Positions 1-12,559 of a stretch of 64,000 bases of DNA are shown in pieces. Source of the stretch: Xylographa opegraphella (Eukaryota). The notes under the pieces are model-generated. The model was not told the origin of the DNA. It did no database searches and saw only the letters and a program-made list of their open reading frames with translations. Made by a program: the position numbers and the translations under genes. The stretch covers positions 186,001 to 250,000 of the forward strand of contig JALDZX010000014.1 in NCBI GenBank assembly GCA_022813865.1. The letters run 5' to 3'. The stretch's first letter is position 1, and every line of letters starts with the position of its first letter.

Positions 1-1931
1 CGGGGCCCCATTGCTCCCTCTTCCATCAACAACAGGGACCTCCATACCCTCCGCAATGTTGATATTGGCAATCCCCGTATCCGGTCCGGTGAACCTCTTT
101 CTGCCAGTCGTAAACCACGTCACCGCACTGATCAGCCCGATCACTCCGATCGCGGCGGAGGTGTAGTTCATGTTCTCCTCGTCGACAGGGTTCACCGTCG
201 GGAAGTTGAACGTGATGGAGGCAAACAGTAAGAATAGGAAGCCAACAACGTTCAAGACAATACCGTACTTCCCGAGCGTGTACGGACCTTGGAGAACCTT
301 GGCATGGCCTGAGAGCCGAGCCAGGATCCGGACTAGAAGAGGCATTGCATAGGATAAGTCTGCACGGAATCACACCATCAGTATCGCGCACGACAGCCTG
401 GGACGTTCTGATTACTACTCACAGAAGCCTTCAGTGGCGATAGAAATCACCGTATTGAATCCTGTGACTGTGCCAAAATAGATCGAGTTCAGTGCCATCT
501 GTACGCCCAGTGCGAGCAGGATTGCGTAGACGGGAACTTGTCGCTTCTTCTCCACCTTAGCAAAGATGTGAGAGAATGGCAGACCATGATCGCGGGCAAA
601 AGCACTGTTCGCACGCCAGTTAGCGCATCGCCAATCCACATCAAACCCTGGGAGTTCCTACAAAAGACTCCGCGAACCCTCGGCGAGCAGGAACATTGCG
701 CATACTAAGACGATGACTGTGATGAGCGAGGCGAGGAAGCATGCCCCTACCACCGAGTTGGTGGAGTCGAAAAATATTTGAATCAAGGGGACGCCGGTGG
801 CAGAGCCCGCTGTTGCATCGATATCTCCGATGCAAAAGCATATCGAAATGAGGAATATAAAGCCGGTTACGGCACCAATGTATACGGACATAACGATGGC
901 TTTGGGGGCTTCGCGAGAGGCATTTTTCATCTCCTCCGTCATGTGCGCTGGAGCGTCGTAGCAGCCTGTTGTACATGTAAGCTATGGACCGAATGTCGGT
1001 CTCCATAGACCCTCCACCATAAGGTTTTCTTACACATGCCGAAAGCGCTCTGCAGCAGGCCAAGGATAGCAGTGAAGCCTGTTCCGAACCCTGTGAAGTT
1101 TTGGAAGTCGTGGAAGACAAAGCTAGGGGTTTGCTTGTGGTCATTCGTAGCAAGTATTGTAATGATAACGATGAGAAATGACAGGATGTTCCATATCATC
1201 ATTCCTCTCGATAACTTGTCGAGAAGATGCGGTCCGTATATGTTTGCAATGGCAGCCAAGATCGCAATGGCATAGGATAATAGCGCCGTGTGCCATCTCT
1301 CAATAACGTAGGATGGATTCGACAGGTTGGCCATTCCCAAAATGAAATTGGCACCGATAAAGTTGTTAACGGCTCCCATTGCAAGGATCCCTACACGTCT
1401 ACGCTCAGCATGATATTATATTTGTGACAGATCTCTCAACATACCCGTCAACATGAACCACCCAGTTACGTACGAAAGCCCTCGCGCTACGCTGGGAGGA
1501 GCCAGCACCGCAACCCAGGAGTACTGGCCTGATATCAATCAGTATGCATCTATATCAGCACGGCAAGCATGTATTCAATGTGACTTACCGCCAGCAACGG
1601 GATAAGCGGAACATATCTCAGCCATTGAATACGCAACGGCAAGCGTAACGACACTGATGCCAATCCACGACCAGATCATAACAGGCGGGCCCTAGAAATA
1701 ATTATTGGTTACATCTTCATGCTTCCTGGAATCTGGACGTACTCCTGACTCGACGCCCACGATCAGAACACCTCCGAGGGCCGTCCAGCTTGTCACTATG
1801 CTGAAAGCGAAGCCAATCATGCCCAACAGGCCGAATGAGCGCCGCAGCTCTTGCTGGTAGCCGAACTTCTCCAGCACGGCATCCTCTCGCACCTCATCGT
1901 CGAATACCTTGGTTTCTCTTGCAGTCGACAT
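1..1931 (-). CDS. APC-superfamily amino acid/choline/GABA permease (HNM1/UGA4-like), multi-exon, 3' end runs off the window
   Basis: Spliced exons give LEKFGYQQELRRSFGLLGMIGFAFSIV, GPPVMIWSW, AEICSAYPVAGGQYSWV, YDAPAHMTEEMKNASREAPKAI, AFARDHGLPFS and GPYTLGKYG. GT-AG introns lie between them. Confidence 0.9.
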
Positions 1932-2161
1932 GGCCCAGGCACGTCAGCGACGAAGAAAATCAGTAACGTGGTGGAAATAGTAGATGACCAAAAACGAATG
2001 CGCTCGCGGTGCAAAGCACGACTCCAGATATGTACTCGTCCATTTCAGCTAAAGGCCATGGCAAGATCTATTTGATGTGTTCCGGCAGACGAGACACCTT
2101 CCCATCCTAATACCGGGAGATGCGTCGGTTGACATCACTTTGTTTGCGGCTTGCGCGGTAC

Positions 2162-2186
2162 ACTGCTTATCGTGGGGATAAGCAGT
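2162..2186. promoter_or_regulatory. Palindromic double GATA site (AreA/NIT2-type) overlapping a CreA-type SYGGRG site, upstream of the permease
   Basis: ACTGCTTATC-gtggg-GATAAGCAGT is a perfect 10-bp inverted repeat about 230 bp upstream of the permease ATG. GTGGGG lies at 2172-2177. Confidence 0.5.
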
Positions 2187-2899
2187 CCAAGGAGGTTTGG
2201 ATTGGTCAAACAATCGTCCGGGTTGACTCGCCTATCGTTGCCAAGGCTAGGATAGAATACTCAGATCGCTTGGCACGTGGTCGCACGTAGAGATAATATG
2301 AGTAGTACGAAGTAGTGTAAAGTACCTCAGTGCCATTTCCATTCTGCTTATCTACCATTATACAATAGATTATCAATTACGCTTCTTCATTTCTCATCAT
2401 TTCTGCTATGTCCATCTCAATTGATCAAGGATTACGGAGTACCCACTCCGTAGCCATTGCTGGAATTGAACACAATTGCCTTGTGTTCTCTGTCGCTCTT
2501 TCTCGTCCCTCACCGTGGTTTCAAATGGTATAATGACCATGGACGCTGGATCAACGATAGGTAAGGCTCAAGCATGCATCCAGCAGACTTGGTAGCAATA
2601 ATATCGATCGTCCTTCGCATTTTGTCTCAGCGTCCATCCCTCCGCCTTTCATTCCGCAGTCAATTTAGAAATATCCCCTTTGTCCTGTGTCACCCATTCA
2701 GCCTGCTTATTCTTCGCACGAAATCTGAGCATCCCAATTCTTCCGTACAAGAAGACTCCACTTAATACGACCATACGGTGTCAGACCGATAATCGCCAAG
2801 AGGCGTGACACCCGCGAAGACCATATCATTCTCTGGCCTACAGTCCTGAACATTTACAGTAATTGAGTCCATCTTCAGATCCGGCAGTACGCTCTAATT

Positions 2900-3455
2900 C
2901 TCGTACAAACTCGGACCCGTGGACGGAAACGTTGTCAGAAGCGTCAAAGTATCTCGGAAGTGCTTGCCAGACCGCCGTCTTCGGCTTATCCTTCCTCGGT
3001 GGAGATGCGGAAACCTACGATCATATGGCGGAATTTTCGAAGCTGTATAAGAAGGGCTAGCCAGCTTAAACGTTAGCCATCATGAACCATAGTATCCAGT
3101 TTGTACGTCCCTCCGTGTGGATTAGATACCCTCACCCCGTCCGAGACCTCGGCCAGTATCTTCTGGCTGCGGAGCCGGAGTCACTGGCAAGCAACAAACC
3201 CTATCTCAGGCAACATGGCTGGACGTAGTGCCTTGTATCGAACTCGGTCATAAACAAGCATAGGCCCATTACGTTCGTCACATGCGTGGCGGGTCTTGGC
3301 CGTGAGCTTTGATATCTCAAGTGGCATAGCTCTCGAATCGAGCAGGATCGAATATATTTGATTGCGGATCTCACGAGGTAGTTGGAGGAAAGGAAACAAT
3401 GAGGAGGCTTCCTGGTTCGTAGACTCGATCGTGGCTGAGAATGCGTTCCGAGCAT
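2900..3455 (-). pseudogene. Degenerate gene with an N-terminal F-box-like motif
   Basis: FPFLQLPREIRNQIYSILL has no in-frame ATG (the ATG at 3455 is in another frame). The frame continues through stops: ACQ*LRLRSQKILAEV...TYKLDTMVHDG*RLSWLAL. The 3' boundary is approximate. Confidence 0.55.
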
Positions 3456-4052
3456 AATTGAATTAGCAGATGGTGTCTAGTTCAGAAGGACTATATATGG
3501 CTTCACCGAGAGCTTCTGGACTTCCATGAGGTGGATAATTGGGGTTCAGTGCGACCTGTGAAGTATTCTGTAGGTTGCTCGCCTTTTCCAACAACATGCA
3601 CAGTAAAGTACGTCGCCATTACATGTTGGTAAAGTTGGACGTTGACGCTGCTTCTGTAGTCTAGCTACATAGTCAGACCATCATACATCGAAACAATGAA
3701 AAATTTAAAGCTGTATCTAGGAAGACTACGTCGGGATATCCAAACAGCCTGAGAGGCAAAGGGAGATCTCAGTCACGAATGCCCTTCATCTGTACATCGC
3801 CGAAGTAATTCTTTCAAGTTTATCGGATTAATTACACATCAGGAGCTGTACATTGCTATGTTATGTTCAATCATATATACAATAATTCATCTTATGGACA
3901 ATCGGGCATGATATGTCATGCTCTTCCGGCTTTCGTGTTTCTGAGACACTCACTTCTGGCCAAACTGGGCAAAGTGCTCGCAGATATATTGAAGCCCGGA
4001 CAAAGACCAAAGTGTATACTGCACGAATTGAAACTTCTCCGTCAAGTTTGTG

Positions 4053-5868
4053 TTACTGTATTTCTTCGATGAAAGAAGTATCCTCACTGGTCGGTGAGTG
4101 CAGATCTCTAGCCTGTACGTGAGCAAATCGTAACCCCTTCTTCGTCGTCAATTGCTGATACAGTTTTCGACATCGAGCCGAATCTTCTCCCGGCAATGTC
4201 TCCAGTACAGAGAGTGTCGTCCCCAGGGGGAAAAGCGTCTTCTGAGAGCCAAAAAGACCCATTTTCTCGTCCATGCAATACGGCATAGAAAGCACGATGC
4301 TGGAAGCAAGCTCGATACGCTGGTCGATACAATACTTTGATGCCATCGCCCCAATGAATTTCTTGGACGAATAACTCGAAGATTGGCTTCCATCTGCTGC
4401 CTTCATATTGTAATCTGGACCATCCCGCGCATCGAATATACCTTGTGGAACGTTGTTGCAAATGCCAGCGACTGCACTACTGAGGATTATGCGAATAGCC
4501 CAATAATTCATGGTCACATGAGCCAGCTGAAGACTTGCAAACTCGAACGCTGTATCGTTAGTCTGTGTTGTAGATGAGTTTGGATCATCACGGAGGGTTC
4601 TAGCGTCACCGGGGCGAATCCAGTAGAGTGGCGATGGGGAGTCTTCAAGTAGTTCCTGATACCAGGACTCAAGCTCATTGTCAATTTCTAGGAAACGACT
4701 CAAGAATCTGACTAGCTCCTCCGCTGGTGCCACGTTATTATTGGGCCGTCGGGACATGTCTATCTCCTCGAGAAGTGCTGCAAGAGCGAATCCTTTATCG
4801 CATAATTTCTGTGGGACACTCTTCGCTTCACAACCCCATGGTTGGGTTGCCCAAGCCTCGCTGCCAAAGAACGAAGCTTTCCGCTCACGTAGAGCCATGA
4901 TCATCTATACTAAAGCATAAGGAAATTAGTCTTCAGGCTAGCTGGTTGCGATGTACACACGCATGTATTCCGGACATCCTCCAATATCGCTCGGGCTAAT
5001 GGCGAATGATACTTTTCTGGCCCTCGCAACTGTACCAGCAGCGCCATGCCGGCTTCGTGGTTCGCGACTGCAGATATCGAACCTGATGTTGCTTCGAAAA
5101 TCTAGCCATGTTTTAAGCATTATTCTAACTTAGAACGTACCCATTGACATCAAAATACCTCGTGGTATACAAGCACGCGACCTGCTGCTAACGTTTCGTC
5201 TTTCCACATGGATTGCTCATCCCAGAGCGCTTTTTGAAGCTCTCGCAGGGCAAGAACATAATTTATCTTGCCCTGCGTGGTCATGTTGTCATCGCTATTA
5301 AGGCGTCCTATTCGAGTCATGGATAACGCCCTCAAAGAGAGCTTCAGGGTTTCCCCAGGATCACGAATATCTGCCGCTTGTTGTAGCCACATAGGCGATG
5401 CGCTGTTTGCGAACTCCGCGCTCGAAGGTAGATATTTCCCAAGAAACAGGCCTGCGAACTGTGCATCGAAAAGACTTGAGCAGTTCATCTCCATCGGCAA
5501 TGAATGACTACCCCAAATCGACTTCCCTGTATCTCGTGATATAACCACTTCTTGGCCTTTGCCGACTGCAGGCGGTCTCCTTGATGTGTCTGAAGATGAA
5601 GCGGAGCTTGTAGACCGTGGGGGTTTTGCCTCCTCAAGCCTGCTTCTTCGTTGCTGGCCATGGATAGTTCGGTTCAGGAAAATCGGATAGCGCTCGTAAC
5701 CTTCGCATTGTCTTCCACTCTGTACACATCGTTGACAACTTGGTTCCCGGAGATCACACTAAAGATCATTTAGTTTTCAAGTGGAGGAGGGGGGAAGTCA
5801 TGACTTACCCTGACTTTGCGCCTCCTACATGTGTTGCATCCCTTCGACTTTCCAGCAACCCCTACCAT
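4053..5868 (-). CDS. Zn(II)2Cys6 fungal transcription factor
   Basis: MVGVAGKSKGCNTCRRRKVR, then intron 5808-5759, then CDLREPSCQRCVQSGRQCEGYER. Fungal TF middle-region exons follow (ORFs 5150-5548 and 4053-4904). Confidence 0.9.
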
Positions 5869-6816
5869 TATCAGCAAACAAAATAATCAGATGTTCCGGA
5901 AGGAGAGAGCATTGGCGGGAAAACATACCTCCCATCGCATCATAGACTTTAAAGTAAGAAATTCAGAGAATAAGAAATCAGTCTTCAGCACGTTCTCCAA
6001 TCATCATAAATAGTGAACAATAGATATAGCATCGACGTTGTCTCTATCATCGTACGTATACGTTGTCGCTGCTACAGTATTCATGATAAGGAGCTTGTAA
6101 CGGCGTATTCCTCTAACTGCCTGTATGGCGGAGATCTCTTGGCACGCCGCTGTTTGAAGCTCCTGTGACGCACAACATAGTCCCCCAAGGCAACAAGGAA
6201 TCATACCGGCATTTGAAGGATCAGAGATCCAATAACGATCTCAAATATGCTGGTTACCACATTTGAAGCACAAATGGCATGGCAGACGCGTCTTTATGCT
6301 GCTCCACGATGGCTGTGGGGGGGACGAGAAGCTTAGCTAATTTCTTGATAATCGGCATGACGCTATACTCTATCCGCCGCTCAAGTTGCGAGATCACGTG
6401 ATATCGCAATCCGGGCACTTCACGCCAACGTACCGCGGCTATGTAGGGCCGCGTTGTGACACACTAACGTATGGATTGATGTTGATATATCGGACTATCT
6501 TTATTAATTCGTCAGTGGATAAACCACGATTGTAAGGGTATTTTATTAGCTTGGTTCACGGTATACTTTGCGTGTTGCCGACTCAATCAACATTGGAACG
6601 CATAACTACACAGTGTATGAGGAACCAGAGTGATTGAGACAACTAATTACTTCCGAGATCCAACTTTATCGGCTATCAAATTTCAATGTACACAAGGACC
6701 TGCTGCTGCGAAGATCGCGCCCAACACTGTTGCAGAACGCCCCGTCAATATCATCGCACCTCCTGCGTACATTCTGTTCGCTAAATGGAAACACCTGGTA
6801 TAGTATTTCAATGTGC

Positions 6817-7437
6817 TTATTTACACATCACAAAAGCACCGGGCTTAGCTGCTCTCTGACGATAACGTTAGTGATTTGGCTAGGTTGGTCAAGACAAGGA
6901 GTAAAAGCATACCGCATGGGTCATGATACCACAATAAATAGCCGAGGACCGAGACCTGTACTGGAATACAATACGATCGGTCTCTGGGTCCAAGCCTTTG
7001 TAGACAGATCCCCGCTGAACGGGAAATTCGTAGCGATTATTTTTGTCTGGGCAGGCGGGAAAGGAGACTTCGGGATCGAGACCGTTGTAGATGTGCGGGT
7101 ACTTCGCCTTGCCAACTGTAGTTTTAGCGGTCACGTGGTCGACAGCTTCCTCGATGGACTGCTTAATCGCGCTGCTAGTATACTTGTAACCACTTCCAAC
7201 ACAAGTGACCGTCGACGGTACAGAGTTCGTGATGGATACGGTTGCGCCTTGGGCTCTCTCGGCAAGCCATGGGAACTGTTCGCTTTCCAAAGCCCAAGCG
7301 GCTCGAGCGTGGAGGTAGGCGTCAAGGGCTTCGCGGCGCTGAAGATAAGAGTCTATGGCTTCTCCATTCTCGATAAATAGGGCGGAAGTGCAAGCTGCGA
7401 AGACACAGGTCAATGAAGCTACCCCAGAGAGCTTCAT
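6817..7437 (-). CDS. Secreted RNase T1/N1-family guanyl-specific ribonuclease with a pro-region
   Basis: Signal peptide MKLSGVASLTCVFAACTSA. YPHIY, YEFPV, DRIVF and MTH match the RNase T1 His40/Glu58/Arg77/His92 motifs. Intron 6912-6856 yields the C-terminus RAAKPGAFVMCK*. Confidence 0.85.
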
Positions 7438-9042
7438 TCTGGGATGCGGAATGTGCCGTAATCGAAGTAGAAAGTGAAATCAAGAGTCCTGACTCTTAAT
7501 CTGTGGAAGAAAGGAAGAACGGATGAATGGATGAATGCTTTGAAACAAATGCGATGATGATTGATCTGGGGAAGTGACACGCAGAGATACAGAACGAGGC
7601 TTATATATCTTGCAGAATATTGTCAATTTGTTGCAATTGGGACACTCACCAAGAAAAATCCCCACTTCCAGGTACACCGCCAGGTTCCAACCATAGATGA
7701 ATGTTTTCTATAACAGTCTGATTAAAATTGAGAAAATGCCTGTTGCAACTTACGAGGATATGAAAGTAAAAGCTTATAGTGCCAACGAAAGCTGTATTCT
7801 CATTTTGCGCATCATTCCGAAACTTGGTCCACTGGTCAGTAGCCGACGACTAGATCGCGATTTAGATTTCGTAAGAGACGCATGTTCTGTTTCAAAATCA
7901 AAAAAAAACAATGACAACAGCTGCATTGAGCATGGGAATTAATTCAGACCCCATTTCGAGGTGTTTTTGGCCAACCAACGGTGCAGAAGAACGACCAGGA
8001 TAGAAAACAAGATTGACACGGATCAAGTATCGTCTGTATTCACCGAGAGCACATGTTTGCTAAAGCATGATTCAGCAGGAATCAAAACATCCTCACCCTT
8101 CAGCCTGTAGAGCTCACAAATCCCATCAATTTCAAGCAAATGTTCAAAACGGCTAGACTGGTCAGGAGCGCGGCTTTATTCTTAGATTCTTCTTTTTTAT
8201 AATGAATAATTAGGTACCGTATTAACATGTTTGTTTTTGTTCACCTCTTAATGCTGGTTAGGTGGGGGTTAAAGGCTGGGTCAGCCCTTAAGCACTACTG
8301 TTTACATGTTCGGTCGGTCGGTTCAGAACGAACTTTCCAACCGAAGTCAGGGGTAATACATAGCCCTACGTAGCCTTACGTAACCCTATAAGATCAGCAC
8401 ATTTACGTTGCCATGACTAAAATCATCGCATTCGTTACACATTTGCATTGTGACAAAGAGGCCCGGCTCCCAGCACGAGCTGACGTAAGGTCCTCTTGAA
8501 ACGTGCACAACACTTTGCATCCCAACCGCCAGGCTGCTTCCTGTATCCTTCATTGTTTAACATGAAGACATCATGCGAGAAATCGTCCTGACCAGGATGG
8601 TGCTAAATGTCTTTTCACGCATATACTAGGATTTCCACCTGAAATGCGCCACTATGCGCTGTTGGGTTTGGATTATTCAGACTAACCTCTCCGTACGCTG
8701 TGAAGTTCGTCGGATCTTTGAAGTCAAACCTGAAGACTGCCGTTTGTAAGGGTCTATGTTGTGTGTCTCTGGCAGGTATAGCGGCCGTTATCCTGTCCAA
8801 ACATAGTACCGAACCCAGGGTATTGATCAAGCAACATACTTTGTGGTGTCTTTGAGAGCCATGGTCTGCTTGTCCGCATTGTGACCGACTGTTGCCTCTC
8901 ATGACGGTTGGTACTACCGTGTTCTCCGAACCGCCTTAAAAGGCTTGCCGTGTCCGATTCATGCTTGGACCCATAGCTAAGTTCTCGTCAATCGCCGCCA
9001 CACCTAATCACAATAAGATTATTCGGTCCGAAATACATCAGG

Positions 9043-9883
9043 ATGTATGAAGAATGGTTTGAAGCTCGGAAGCATGAACAGTACGTTGAAGATACAGAGG
9101 CAGCATCGTTGCAGGCGTTACTATCTTGGATCATAAGTGCCGAAGAAGCGTCGAAACGGATCATAATGCCCGGGCCATCGAAGTCGGAAACAGCCAACCT
9201 GAAGCAATGGCGACTCTGGACTCTAGTGTTCGATGCTACCGAAGAACTTCCAGAAACCCATCCCATCCTTGTTAACTTAGTTCGGGAAATTCGGAAGCGT
9301 GCCGAAGTACAATTCAAGTACGGATCGGATACGATCGACTGGACAAACACCCGGAATTTCGACGAGAACTGGCGTGATACCCATGACTGTATGTCTACTA
9401 TATCTTTTCCCATAAATGTTCGGTGTAAATCTGACTTGTTCCTTTCGGGCAGCGTTACATGCCTGGCGTGAGAAGTCTCCGGAAGCGAGCCAGAAATGGA
9501 TTAACTTCAGCGCTTTCAGTGCACGGGTTGCAACTGCAAAACTCACTGCACTGGATACAGTATGGGGCTTCTTCGCTATCAGGGAGGCCTTGGAAGTTGA
9601 AGGCCAGTCTCAACAGCTTCTCAATACGGACGTCTGCGCTGCTACTCAGTGGATACTATATGCAGGGAAAGCGATTTATATGACTAAAAACTCCGACATG
9701 TCATACTGGAACATCGGGGAGAAAACAGCCTTGTGGAGAGGCGAGCCTGGCTTTAGCCGTCAGAGATGGGCGCTCTGGAAAGAACGATTCCATCGGGTTA
9801 AGCAGTTAAAGGCTTCATCTGAGAACACGAAAGCGTTGGTCAGGAAGGCTACGGATGCAATGGATATGATTGAGACGGACTAG
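9043..9883 (+). CDS. DUF3632-family protein
   Basis: Two exons (GTATGT donor near 9389, CAG acceptor near 9452). Motifs KWINFSAFSAR, AIREALE, AATQWILYAG and LWRGEPGFSRQRWALWKERF. Confidence 0.8.
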
Positions 9884-10288
9884 GAGCCACATGCCCAGTA
9901 TAGAGACTTGGCGAAATTAAAATGGTTATAGTAGTGATCGTATCGTATCAGAATCACAATGCGTCAATTAATGGCTCTTGCTCCCATACGTTCTTTACTG
10001 TTGGATATAGTTCGTGGTCGGAATTCTTTATAGGAGGCGATCTCAAGTTCCCCTCGCTGAGGTTAGGAGTCTACATAGCTGGAGACATAATTGTAAATTG
10101 TCTCAAAAACAACAACTCGTGCCAATTGGACATCGTAGGCCATAAAGCAACATTCAGATTGGTGGACAGCGTATTGAAGCAAGAATCAGCAAGACTATAT
10201 CAAGAAATCAATCGAACCTGCTTCTCCTGTACTGCACTTCAGAGGCCATTAAGGCAACTTTCATACGCTGCTTCAGATTTCAGATATC

Positions 10289-12228
10289 ATGGCTCCTTCG
10301 CTGTTACTACCCAACGACGGTAATGTGATCGTCAAACCAGACCTATCGTCTACTAGAGATAGCACACCCCAAGTGGTGGAGTCGGTAACAGCGAACAGCT
10401 CGGTGCGTAGCGCTGTGCTCCACCACGACCTCCACCACGCTCCGCTCAAGGTTATCGCTGCAAAAGGTAACTATCTCACTCTCGAAGATGGCCGCCGGAT
10501 CTTGTATGTTGTTTCAGATACTCCCCCTCTATCTAAGCATTGTTTTACGTGCTAGACACGACCCACTACAGGAACAAACATTTAATACACATCTTCTTGC
10601 GGAACAAGGTCCCACAACCCATCACTACCTCCCAAGCCTCTACTCTTATGAACCCGCTGACTCCATACTTCCATACAGCGATGCCACCGGTGGCGCCGCC
10701 GTCGCCTGCATCGGGCATGGAGACCTCTCCGTCAAAGAAGCCGTCGCCCAGCAAATGGACGAAGTCTCCTACTGCCACTCCCTTTTCTTCGGCAGCTCCG
10801 GCACCGAGAACCTCGCCCAGATCCTCACGGACTCGACCGACGGTGTCATGGCGCGAGCCTTCATCGTCAGCTCTGGTAACCCAGACCCCCTTTCCTCACT
10901 CATAGCCTCTTGTCCACTCCCAGACAAACCCGAGATGCACTAATCCCGCCCTCCAGGCTCTGAAGCCATGGAAGCAGCGATGAAGCTTGCGCGGCAATAC
11001 TTCCTTGAGCTCAAGCAGCCCGCGCGCGTACGCTTTATCGCGCGCAAAGAATCCTACCATGGCACCACCCTCGGCGCGCTGTCCATGAGCGGCCACGTCG
11101 CCAGACGGAAGCTCTTCGAGCCGATGCTGCTAGATAATGTGTCTCGCGTCTCGGCCTGCAATGCGTACCGCGGGATGCAAGAGGGCGAGACCACGGAGGC
11201 GTATGTACGCCGACTGGCACAGGAGCTGGACGACGAGTTCGAGCGCGTGGGGCCGGAGAACGTGTGCGCGTTCGTGGCGGAGCCAGTCGTGGGCGCTGTA
11301 AGCATCCCCCAGTACCTTGTCCTAGGTGAAGGAGCTAATATGGAGGTATTCCAGGCTCTTGGCTGCGTGCCCACCGTGCCGGGCTATCTCCGCGCCATGA
11401 AAGCGGTCTGCGTCAAGCACGGCGCGCTGCTCGTGCTCGACGAGGTGATGTGCGGCATGGGCCGCACGGGAACCATGCACGCCTGGCAGCAGGAAGACGT
11501 AACGCCCGATATCCAAACCAGTACGTGCCGCTCCCTCTCGTCTTCTACCCTTCCCGACCTCCATCAGACACCCCATGTCATCCCCAAAGCAACACCTTAT
11601 CTCCCCCCTCCTCTCCATCATCACCCTTCCAACCAATGCCCACCAAGCATCCCCTAACTTTCCAACCCGCACAGTCGGCAAAGGCCTTGGCGGCGGGTAC
11701 GCCCCCATTGCCGCCCTCCTCATCGCCCCGCACATCATCTCCGCCCTCTCCCACGGCAGCGGCAGCTTCCTGCACGGGCAGACCTACCAAGGCCACCCGG
11801 TCGCCTGCGCCGCCGCCTACAGAGTGCAAACAATCCTCCGCACGCAGAACCTGATCCCGAATGTCGCGCGCATGGGAGTCCTGCTCGCTCGCGGTCTGCA
11901 CGCCGGCCTAGAACGCCACCCCAACGTGGGAGATATCCGCGGCCGCGGTCTGTTCTGGGGGATTGAGTTCGTAGAGGATAGAAGCGCGAAGCGGGCATTT
12001 CCGGTGGAGAAGGGCGTGGCGTGGCGGGTGCATGAGCGGGGCATGGCGGAGGGGTGGGGGATTAGTTTGTACCCGGGCCAGGGGACCGTGGATGGTGTGC
12101 TTGGGGATCATGTGCTGCTGGCGCCGGCGTATAATGTGACGGAGGAGGAGGTGGAGTGGATAGTGAGACAGACGGTGGGGGTGGTAGAGGAGGTGTTTGC
12201 GGAAGTGGGCCGGGAGCGAGAGGGGTGA
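10289..12228 (+). CDS. Class III PLP-dependent aminotransferase
   Basis: DATGGAAVACIGHG, SSGSEAMEAAMKLARQY, SYHGTTLGALS, AFVAEPVVGA, LVLDEVMCGMGRTG, DIQT-IGKGLGGGYAP (PLP lysine), HGQTYQGHP. Four introns. Confidence 0.93.
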
Positions 12229-12559
12229 ATGAGGGCTTGTGAGGACCAAGGTCGAGTGGAGGTTTCAGTAGGAACGGTGCGAGGGAGAAATAGGGTATGT
12301 ATGTTCCGAGGACCACGAGCCTTTCTTCTAATATACATACACGCCCGAGAGGCGTTTTGATACCCAACGCCATGCTAGTATGCGTGAAGCCGGACATGCT
12401 CTGCCGCTCCTGAAGCCTTTTCCGCACCGTGACACTGAACGCCCAGTTATGCATTTTGCACACGCTCCAAATGATTAGACCACGACCAAAATTCATGGAG
12501 AGTCTCATGTCTGCTTGAGACACGTAACATATTCTCTCGTACCGCAGATACGTGATTCG

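Noticed and set aside
6634..7380. 248-aa plus-strand ORF
   Set aside because: Antisense shadow of the RNase T1-family gene, with a TTG start and no recognisable motifs.
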